A stretch of DNA of 63,877 nucleotides, the filler included, from Dugesia japonica (lineage: Eukaryota), in the NCBI GenBank assembly GCA_001938525.1. It is 6 parts of 6 records of this genome, joined end to end, with 100 filler letters (N's around TTAATTAATTAA, not from the genome) between each part and the next. Parts side by side here need not be neighbours in the genome. Positions count along the whole stretch, not along the records: positions 54,022 to 63,877 come from MQRL01640581.1; 5 more parts are not named here. The stretch is one strand, 5' to 3'. Positions 54,022 to 63,877 of the stretch are shown one piece after another (positions within the stretch are counted from its first letter, which is position 1; the number at the start of each line of letters is the position of its first letter). The notes below the pieces were generated by a model. The model did no database searches, had not been told where the DNA came from, and saw nothing but the letters and a program-made list of their open reading frames with translations. The position numbers were made by a program, and so were the translations under genes.

Positions 54022-54271
54022 TTATGGTAACCAATGACCTTGACCTACTTTTTTGGAAACGACCTTGACCTAGTTTCAGTTGCTAAGGACGGTTGGCATG
54101 GTAACCAAAAACATCGATACCGTTTCTATGGCGGTTGCCATGGTAACCAATGACCTAGATACCATTGCAAAGGCGGTTACCATGGAAACGACCTTGTCCT
54201 AAATTGGTTGCCATGGCAACGGGGGACCCCCCTCGACCTACTTTGTTCTGGTGTCCTCCTATCTATCTACT
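54022..54271 (-). repeat. Putative terminus (TIR) of a second Polinton family, rich in RFX X-boxes
   Basis: Ends CTATCTATCTACT (reverse complement AGTAGATAGATAG). X-boxes at 54092-54105, 54134-54147, 54176-54189 and 54207-54220 (perfect GTTGCCATGGCAAC). TGACCTTGA at 54035. The interior is cut off by the scaffold start. Confidence 0.65.
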
Positions 54272-54390
54272 CTTTGCATCTAAATTAAAAGGACGTTTGA
54301 CTGATAAACATTTACATTGTCTTTGTTTTCTGAAAACATTTTCAAAAATATGAAAAATAAAGTATCTGCTTTGTATTTATTTATTGCATC

Positions 54391-54780
54391 TGTTGGGCTG
54401 AAACAGCCTTTTGCGAAATATGAAAATCAGTGAAGGAAATAAATTAAAGGTTAATAAGAAAATGAATAAGAAAATAATAAGAAATAAAAGAAATATTGAC
54501 CTATAAGGAAACGATTATTAAATAATAATAACTGAAGTTAAAAAGTGTAAGAAATATCAAATAAAATCTAAGGTAAAACAATAATAAGAAAATAAAGTTC
54601 TATAAAGCTGTCGAGAAAACGTAGAATTGATTAAATATTAAAATATGCAAAAAAAATCAAAACCTCGGAGCTGAACAGGAATTCTGGGGGCTCAGCCGGG
54701 ATATCATCATGAACTTAACTAAATAAAAATATCGGAATATTTAAAATTATCTCATTTAAAAAAATGGTTTGTAACCAACA
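54391..54780 (+). repeat. LTR-like repeat D; first about 255 bp nearly identical to 62727-62990
   Basis: TGTTGG...CCAACA termini and terminal hairpin GGCTG-AAA-CAGCC. No TSD seen. Confidence 0.6.
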
Positions 54781-56853
54781 CCACAGATTATATAGTTCAA
54801 GTTGATAACATCTTTAAATTGCCAGTGTCCTGCACTATTTGGTTAATTGGAGACGGAGGCATGTGGTTGGTTTTGATCGAGATGATGACCTTAATAATAA
54901 AATATTCTGTTATAAAGTATAACTATAAAATATATTCAAATAGAAATAACTGAAAGTTTATACGTTAATTTTAGCTTTTAACAAATATTTATAGAAAAAA
55001 TCCACAAATGAATAAAAGGACTAAATAAAAAGAAAATTACAGGAAACAGTTTTTCTGTGTTCTTAAGAACTTTTAGAAATTTTTCTTTGCAATATGAAGT
55101 TCAAGAGTTAATGCATATTGTAATATAATGCATGTTTTTGTAATAATACTAATAGGAGTTGAACAAAGAAACAATCGGAAACTTTTTGTAGATGAAATAT
55201 GAAAAACTACATGAATACAAAAATGTATTTATTAATTTTGTGCAAATCAAAGAGAATATGACGACAATAAACAAGGAAGAGAAGATGATGATCAATTCAA
55301 GGATATAAATGTACAAATAAAAGTAGAAATTGATTTGTATAATGTATTTAACACAATTTAGTATTTTAAAAATTTAATTAATACGCCTTCTTTTTCTTAT
55401 TTGTTCTGCTTGTTTTTCTTAATGTGCTTAGAGAAGGTTCAACCACCACTAGTCGACAAAACTGAATTTCAATAAAATTGTTAACATTATAAAAATGAAA
55501 TATGAAGTCCAGAAACTAATAAGAGCTCAGGATAAAATGAATTTTTAGGAGAAATGAGTGGATGATCTCGGAAAGTAGTGAGAATTTGTACATTGCTTAT
55601 AATAATTATTTTGATATTTTAAATGATTTTATCTATTGATGGTTCGCTTTTTACTTAAAATTTTCGTAAATTAATTTGAAGGAAAATAATAATTTTCTAA
55701 AAGAACAAAATTTAATTCATATTTAATTTCGGTAAATAAAATAGATTATATTAAATTGCAGAGAAGAGAAATCATTTAAATAAAAAAAAACCAGTGTGGT
55801 TGTGATTCATTCGTTAACTCCAAATTTTTATTTGAATTTTTTTAATCATTTATAATCTAATTGAATAAATTTTCATTCAATGTAAGGGCCGTATAAAATT
55901 TTAAAAAAAGCTATTTAATTTTGAGAAACTTGTACAAATATGATAATAATAAAGTAAATAAATTTCCATTAATATAAAAGGCATCAACAACTAGAAATAT
56001 ACCCCACAGATTAAGTCTTGTACTGAGTAGTAACATAGTAAAAAACACAATTANCAAATAGCAGTATTACCCTAATAAATAACAAAGAAATTTTAATAAA
56101 TAACCATTTAAATGTTTCAAAATCAGACTGTACAGCACATAATTGGTTATTTCATAATGTTATTGTATATTCACAGTGTAGGGATAAAATTACGTTTGCG
56201 TACGTATACATGGATAACCAATTTTTATTAACTTTTGTTGAAATATCGCTGTAAAACACTTAATACAATAACTATTATAAAGATATTTGTAATTTATGCT
56301 AAAGAATACTATGCAAATTTGAGAATTATTTTAAAATAGTTTCTTTTTGAATTTGATTAATTTTTCTGGTAATCATTTTATTTACTTAAAATTTGTAGAA
56401 CAAATATTAAATTTTTGTCCCATTATTTAATTTGTTATATGCTTTATTAATCAATTATTCTTGACAGAATGTTGTTACGCTTATTATAACCATTTCTGGA
56501 AATCTTTATTAATAAGTCTTTGATTCAAAAATGATATTGATCTGATCATTTATTTTACGATATGTTAATTATTTAATTTTAAATATGACAACGTTTAAAT
56601 AATCAAATGAAAATGAATTTCTAAAACAAATTTTTTTATGTCATGTTTCCATTTCTGTAGTTTCATAATATGGATGAAAGGAATTTCAACTATATTTCAT
56701 TTAATAGTTATTAAAACTTTCAAATAAATTTTAAACTTTTAATTTAGTTATTAACAATTTTTTATTAAAATTTAAATTAACAATAATTAAAATCCGAAAA
56801 ATAACTTATATGAAAAGAACCATCGAAAAGAATCATTAAATTAATTGTTTTCT

Positions 56854-57260
56854 TTACAATAATTCAGGTTTCAACTCCCATATGTGTCTACGAGATGGAG
56901 CTTTACTTAATGAGGCAACTGCTTTTAGTATTTCTTTGACATAACCCTGAATTAATTAAATAAATTCAAGTTTTTTTTATATATCAAAATATGAAATTAT
57001 TACTGGTTGCTGTCCAATTAAATCTATTAAATCTTTAATGATGATTCTCAAAATGTTAAAAAATGAGATTCATGAGTTTTGAATGTTCCGTTCTTGCTGA
57101 TCGATTACTATCTCTTCCATTGGTATCTCTTCATTTCTCAGTGGTTTTATATGGTTGTTATGTATGGTTGAAATTCTGAAATATATAAAAAACGTTTTTA
57201 TAAATTTTAAAATAAAAATTTTACCCAAATTTGTATTTTCGTTGACGTGTAATCAAGTAT
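56854..57260 (-). pseudogene. GTF2F2: TFIIF beta subunit (RAP30) C-terminal exons, unprocessed pseudogene
   Basis: Exons 57175-57004 and 56946-56854 with GT-AG introns of 49 and 57 nt. NRSARTEHSKLMNLIF*HFENH..IKDLIDLIGQQP|GYVKEILKAVASLSKAPSRRHIWELKPE matches the RAP30 winged helix. Contains stops and a frameshifting deletion. Confidence 0.82.
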
Positions 57261-57409
57261 AAAGTACTACAAGTTTAAAAACGCCGAGAAAAACAAAAGC
57301 TGTCTTACAAGCCTAGAAAATCCTAACCAAAATTATAATCTTAGTCAGGCCAGCAAGTTGCTGTCAAAGAAGAGAACAAAAAAGAAAAAGAATGAAAGCA
57401 ATAATACAT

Positions 57410-57458
57410 CTATATAATAATAATACTAATAATAACATAAATAACAGTAACAGTAATA

Positions 57459-57521
<63 letters not shown>

Positions 57522-57571
57522 NNNNNNNNNNNNNNNNNNNNNNNNNNNNNNNNNNNNNNNNNNNNNNNNNN

Positions 57572-57620
<49 letters not shown>

Positions 57621-57668
57621 TAATAATAATAATAATAATTTTAATAATAATAATAGTGATAATAATAA
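57410..57668. repeat. (AAT)n microsatellite
   Basis: Direct reading. Similar tracts at 11523, 28905, 29840, 36416 and 44474. Confidence 0.95.
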
Positions 57669-57679
57669 AGAGGAAAAAA

Positions 57680-59365
57680 AGGGTGCATTGTGAGATAAAA
57701 TCCAGAACGGATTCGCTGTTACCATCAATATGGTCAACATCAACCAACAACGCCTGACCGGAGTGGAAACGCCAGTGTTTTGAAGACCAGGCGATACACT
57801 TTCTAACACAATCGATAGCAAATTTCTTGATAGTGTTAGTCTTAAGTCCCACCTGTTTGAGTACAGTTTCATTTTCCACACACCACGATCCCAGACAACC
57901 AACTGAGCTCGTATCAAGGAAGACTTTCCAATTAGGTAAGTTTCTTTTTATGTCTTCCTTGAGTGGCGTATATTTGGTTAAGTTTCTGTCTCTACCAGCT
58001 TTTATGTTGTCAAGCAAATCGTAAGGAATTTTAACATCCAAGAGAAAGATCTTTTTTCTAGCTTTGTCAATCAACTGGAGGTCAACGCGATCAGTCCTGT
58101 TCACAAATTCGCAGGTCTGATCGACAATGACATTCAAGTTAGTGTTTGCTTTTATAAAGCTAGCAAGATATTCAAGCACATCATTGTGTCGACCAGTCCG
58201 GAAGTTTGAGGTTGGAAAACAGTGGCAAAAAACATGTGCCTGAGTTTCTCTGTGGAATGCACACTTTCTGCAAACAATGGTTCTATTACCAAGGTTACAA
58301 CCTACAGGAAGAGTGTAAGTGCGAGCCCTATGGATAAATCTCATGGTATCAACGGAAATAGAACCGTCGTAAAGAGGTCTGTTGGAAATTGGAGATACAC
58401 CAATGGATAAAGAAAGTGGACCAGGTTTAGGGAGAGCGTTCCAAAGTCTAGTGTGTGACCAGCTCACTAAAGAATGAAGAAGCTTAGTCATACATCGTCT
58501 CTCCAAGTAAGAAATAAGATGGTTGCCCCCCGAGATCTTGTCGACAATGTGGAGACAAGTTCCAAGTTCGTTATGATGAAACCGTATCTCAATATTAAGG
58601 GTATTTTTGAGTTGTGCAATCGCTGTCTGAACCTTGGACCACCAGCACTTGTAATATGAGTGGGTGGTATTGATATGAAGCCAGTCTAACGCCTCATTAA
58701 TAGAGCAAATTTTAGGGTGTTTGAGATATTAAGTGGCCGTATGAATAAGATCATTGCAGGCTACGTCTCTAACAATAGGGTCCCCGCAAACTTACATTTT
58801 AAACCCTTGAACAATCGACTAAATTGAGTATTCATCACAAGCTGAGGTGAGGCCTACTCCTCCTTTTTTACGAGTGCTATAGAGATAGTCAGAGGGAGCA
58901 GCAGTAGGAACAGATAAAATACTTCTAATATTATCTCTTATTCTTTTGTCGAACCCTTTTTGTCTCAATTTAGTCCCGTTTACGGAATACCCACTCGACC
59001 CAAATTTTCCTACTGGCATATTGAAATTGCGAAATGCAAAGGTAAACCGGGAGTGTATAAAAGTTCTATATGCCTGGATTTTTTGCTACGGATATAAAAC
59101 TGAGGAAGATAACATTTCCAGGTCTTTAACTGCTTTATCCAACAAGTTTTCAGGCGTTTGATAATGATTCCGCCCAAAATCAACACCAAGGTATCTATAT
59201 AAGTTTTTTTGTTCAACTTTCGGGATAGCTTAATCCTTGATTATGATCTGGACAAGTGGGTCATTCTCAGGACACGGAAAGTATGCGCATTTGTCAGGAC
59301 GAAACTCTAAAGAAGACTAGTCAGCTAGTTTGACTGCAAAATCGAGCATATCTTGAAGAGCAGCC
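57680..59365 (-). mobile_element. RLE-type non-LTR retrotransposon (NeSL/Utopia/R2-group-like), 5'-truncated
   Basis: RT C-terminus FRPDKC, YRYLGV, LYSTRKKGGVGL; CCHC CRKC..ETQAHVFCHC; RHN; RVDLQL..LLDVKIPY..KY..L..VGCLGSW endonuclease. Confidence 0.92.
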
Positions 59366-61350
59366 TTGGACGATATACATTATACATTATGCGAGAGAAC
59401 AGGCCATACAGCAGATCAATGTTATATATCAAAACCAATAGTATGTTATACTTGTAACAAACCAGGTCATACGAGTATAAATTGCTTCAGGAATACGAGA
59501 GGAAGTGTGGATGGAAATAATAGCCAAGGCTTCAATAACAAATCAAATAATCAAGCAATCGAAAGCATGATACAACAAAATAATAGCTTACAACAGCAAC
59601 TACAGAATAACCAGAAGCAGAGTCAACAGCGAGTTAGCATGATGCAACAAGAAGTGCACAAACATGAAGCAACCCAACAACGATTATATGATAAACTCAA
59701 ACAGGAACAAGAGCAGCTGGTTGCGCAGATGAGATTAAACGAGAGAGCGGCAAACCACAATAATAACAATCAAGGTCGAGTGAATATGATGCGAGCAGTC
59801 AATGACACAGAAGTAAAGATNGAAAAGAGTGAACAAGCATCGGTAAAACGACGGGTAGAAATCAAAATCGATCTAATACAAGGATTCAAAGGAAGGATCA
59901 GCGGAAAACCTTATTGGAAATTAATGAATCACATAATGGAACTAATGGAATGTAGCAATCTAAACCTAATTATCAAGGAGGTATGGCAGCCAATGATCTG
60001 GGAATACGAAAGCGAAATGAGAGAGCAAACGAAGCCAGAGGATTTTATAATTATGATAAACAAAACAACTAAAGAATTCAAAGAAGCAGTCAAAAAAATA
60101 GCACTGTGTCAGGTAACCTTGCAAAACGATACGGTGGGAGGGCTATTGTGTGCTATTAAAAACAAACAAGTATTAGAAAAGCCATTAGACAACTATGTAA
60201 TATGCTCAAAAATAAAAGTAATTGAACAGGACGATGTCGATGCTCATATAACTAACTACGGAATCAGGCCTGGACGTAAAGAGATAATACCAGTCTTGGA
60301 TTTAACGGAAGTTTATAAAACAAAAGAACCAGTGTGACAATACTTACAATTTCGAACTTTGGAAGAAATATTGAATTGATTTGAAAGAAAATTCCATCGA
60401 TATACTATTGAAATACGAGAATCAATGACGGTAAATACGAAAAATGGACAGTTTTCCGTTCAATTCAATTTCAAACCAACCATCTTATCCACAAAAAGAT
60501 CAGTTACCGTTAATACAAAAATGGAAAATTGCGTAAAAGTGATAAACCTGATGATGACGAGAACAGAAATAAAAGCTCCAAGAAGCAATCAAGGGTTAAT
60601 CGCACAAGTAAATATGATGACAACTAAAGATATATCTGAGACTGAAGATGAAGTAGATAATACAATCAAAGAAGAAATCGAGACAGTGAAAAATCGTATT
60701 ATGAAAAAGTAGAAAGAGCTATCAAGAAACCTATAGAGCAAATAAAACAGTTAAAATGATGGATAAATGGCTAAATGTAGTACTAGCATTAGTAAAAGTG
60801 ATTTAGAGCAAAAATATGTGAACAACGGGTCCAACAATAATAATGGATTAGAGTAAAAACGAGAGTAACAAGTATTGGATAATAATAATAACAGCAGCTA
60901 TAATAACGTCAATAAAAATGTCATTGATTTTGATAACGATCACTTTAAAAAGAGAAAAAGCGGATAAACGAGGAGAAATCGAAATAGAAATGCACGGTGG
61001 AGCCAGTCAAATGTTGTTTCCAGGAAATTTGAAGTAACGAAATTTGAAGTAAAATTACAGACGATATCGAGAGAAGGATGGCATTGAATTATGACAACAG
61101 GAGGTCAATACGAAAAAACAGAAAATTATACGTGGTTAGAACCAGGCATAAAGGTCAAAGGACGAGCGATGAGAGTCAAGATATTCCAATAATCAGAGTG
61201 AGTTACTATTTATGTAACAAGACAACAACAACAGGAAGTACAATTAATATCAAATGGAACAAGAATTGGAGAACCGGAGAAAGAAACAGAGAGATTATAC
61301 CATCAAAAGACAGTCGGGCTATTCGAGATATCCTGATTTTTTCTTAATTC
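59366..61350 (+). mobile_element. LTR-retrotransposon gag (CCHC knuckles) with heavily decayed downstream pol
   Basis: CERTGHTADQC and CYTCNKPGHTSINC followed by a Q/N-rich coiled coil. Downstream frames are broken. Confidence 0.6.
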
Positions 61351-62726
61351 TTATTATATTACAATAAAGAGAACTTAAATTAATAATTATAATTCACAGA
61401 AATGTCATCAATGAATAAATTCAAATACCCAGTTCACCAACAAGCCGCCCAAAGAACAGAGGAAGAATTACAGAGAAGAATAGATAATTGTTCCATCAAA
61501 CACAACATTGGAAGAACCAGTGTTATCAAGCACAAATAGAACGAAAAATAATTATACAGGAACTGCGAATTGAACGAAAACGACTAAATATGATGTTAGA
61601 AGAGCGAAAGACGGAGATATAATGGAATCAGAAAAAAGTAAAAATGCTAGAAACTACCATCGAAAACAATAATTTAGCCAGAATCCAGGCTCAACGGATC
61701 CATTTCAAACGGATTCATAGAGAAATACAAGATAAAGAAAGTTACGAATATGAGAGTCGAAAATGGAAAGAGGTTTATGAGGAAAGTTTGCTAACCATTC
61801 AGAATCTGGAGAATGGCAACAAACATCTTATCAATGAATGAATGAAAAGCTAAAAAATGAAGGCGTTACATTGAAAACTGAAGATGAGAAGCGTAAAGAT
61901 GAATACGAGAAGCTTAAGTGAGATTATGAAGAATTATGTATCGAAAAAGACAGACTAAAAGTAACACCGATTCCAATAGTGCTACCACCCCAACAATTTG
62001 GCAGTTCCATCAGCACCCTTCTATACCTTCAAGGAGAATACCAAAGACCCATTGCCCCTCGAGTCAGTTATTTAGATCAGATATCTCGACAGCGACGACC
62101 GATGCTCCATGTCTTAGAACCAGCTCAACCAAGAAGAACTCAGTTACGTGTCCCAAGCCAATTCAAAGAATGGCCATTCTCGGCCTCTGATGAAGATATC
62201 TTCTGGGATCGATGAACATAACATTGTACTTATTACAGTATGAACCAAATCATTATATCTTCTCAACATTTTCTGTTGCAGTTCTATGCTGCATCGCATG
62301 TTTAATTCTTAGCAGTTCTTCGCTGCATTTTATTCAATAAGAAAATTCCTAAATCGTATCTCGACTGCATCCCCATCAATCTGCAATAGTCATCTTCGAC
62401 AGACTAAAACTCAATAGTTTTTGATAAACAGTAACATTAATTGTTTTTGTGATCCAGTTGACAATAACTATTTTGTGATTCAGTTGACAATAATCATTTT
62501 GTGGTCCTTAACTATTAAATAATGCTAAAATATATGTAGAATAAAAGTAATTTTATTAATTGCTTATTTCTTTTGTTTTTTTTCTGTTATGAATAATGAG
62601 TATCTAGCCTTGTAGGATCTTTTCTACCACCACCACAAATAAAGAATTGTAAACGAGAGTAACGAAATGGAAACAAACGTGTAAAGAGAGTAAATTCCGG
62701 GAATGTTTTGTGGGCCTCCAGTAATT

Positions 62727-63356
62727 TGTTGGGCTGAAACAGCCTTTTGCGAAATATGAAAATCAGTGAAGGAAACAAATTAAAGGTTAATAAGAAAATA
62801 AATAAGAAAATAATAAGAAAAAAAGAAATATTGATCTATGAAATAATAAGGAAACGATTATTAAATAATAATAACTGAAGTTAAAAAGTGTAAGAAATAT
62901 CAAATAAAATCTAAGGTAAAACAATAATAAGAAAATAAAGTTCTATAAAGCTGAAGAGAAAACGAAGAAATGATTAAATATTAAAATATACAATGATTGA
63001 AGATAATCAATAATTAGATGGCTAAGGTAAAATGTGCTCAGAAAATAAGTCAAAGTGATCGAAAAGAAGGAATAAAACAAGGAATAAAACAATAAAACAA
63101 TAAAACAAAGAATATCTATTATTATTTATAAGTTGTATAAATGTGTTGAAAGTATTCATGTATTAAAAATAAAATTATATTGATGACAGAAAAAGAATGA
63201 TTAAAACAAATAATTATATTAAAATATTTTGATATTTTAGAGAGAAATTATAGGGGGAAACAGAATAAATCATCATGATCATTATAAATAATAAAATAAT
63301 AGATTATGAGTCAGGTTTAAACACAAGAATTGTATTATTATTATAAGTAGGGACAT
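62727..63356 (+). repeat. LTR-like repeat E
   Basis: Shares its start with D. Possible end ..GGGACA followed by PBS-like TGGCGC. Confidence 0.45.
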
Positions 63357-63574
63357 AGTGGCGCACTACACCAAACCCTTTTTTTACTGGTGTAGAATAT
63401 TATATTTCGAAAATTTAAATAGTAGAAATTTTTTAAGTTATAAAATTTATTGGATTTTTTAATGATTTTGAAGCTTTTAAATTAATTAAAAAAACAAACA
63501 CCTAGATATACTAACTTTATTTTATTTACAGAAATTATATATATATTAATTAACTCAATATTATATAGTTAATG

Positions 63575-63825
63575 AGTTACTCAATAATATATGTAGTTAT
63601 TAGGTTACACAATAATATATGTTGTTATTAGTTTACACAATAATATATGTAGTTATTAGNNNNNNNNNNNNNNNNNNNNNNNNNNNNNNNNNNNNNNNNN
63701 NNNNNNNNNNNNNNNNNNNNNNNNNNNNNNNNNNNNNNNNNNNNTTACACAATAATATATGTTATTATTAGTTTACACAATAATATATGTAGTTATTAGG
63801 TTGCACAATAATATATGTAGTTACT
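63575..63825 (+). repeat. About 26-bp minisatellite
   Basis: Repeats of TACACAATAATATATGT(A)GTTATTAG(G/T)T spanning a gap. Confidence 0.85.
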
Positions 63826-63877
63826 TTTTATTTTAAATGACTAAATTGAGTTTGCTTTTGGTTTCGACAATGTTATA

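Overview
Very AT-rich animal (metazoan) genomic DNA with short 47-57 nt introns. It is not one locus: five identical 100-bp linkers (N44-TTAATTAATTAA-N44) join six scaffolds (1-11422, 11523-19854, 19955-33144, 33245-42998, 43099-53921, 54022-63877). Scaffold 1 is a decayed endogenous Polinton/Maverick (adintovirus-like) dsDNA virus. It carries a packaging ATPase, a putative membrane-lytic/core precursor, minor capsid (penton), adenain-like protease, fibre-like protein, a membrane protein and a protein-primed PolB with Zn-finger, terminal-protein, vOTU and EndoVII/HNH modules. A probable element terminus (AGTAGATAGATAG) sits inside the scaffold at 1486, suggesting a nested insertion. The same 13-mer ends a second, otherwise different terminus at 54022-54271. 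Both termini are dense in host transcription-factor motifs: NR5A/ERR sites in both, E2F plus CCAAT in one, and clustered RFX X-boxes in the other. The rest is mostly decayed transposons: hAT, Tc1/mariner, Ty3/Gypsy, an RLE non-LTR element, a Penelope element with inverted arms and minimal hammerhead ribozymes, and solo-LTR-like repeats. Host genes visible are a DEG/ENaC last exon, a PMP22/claudin-like gene and a TFIIF-beta pseudogene. All calls are from reading motifs by eye; no database searches were run.
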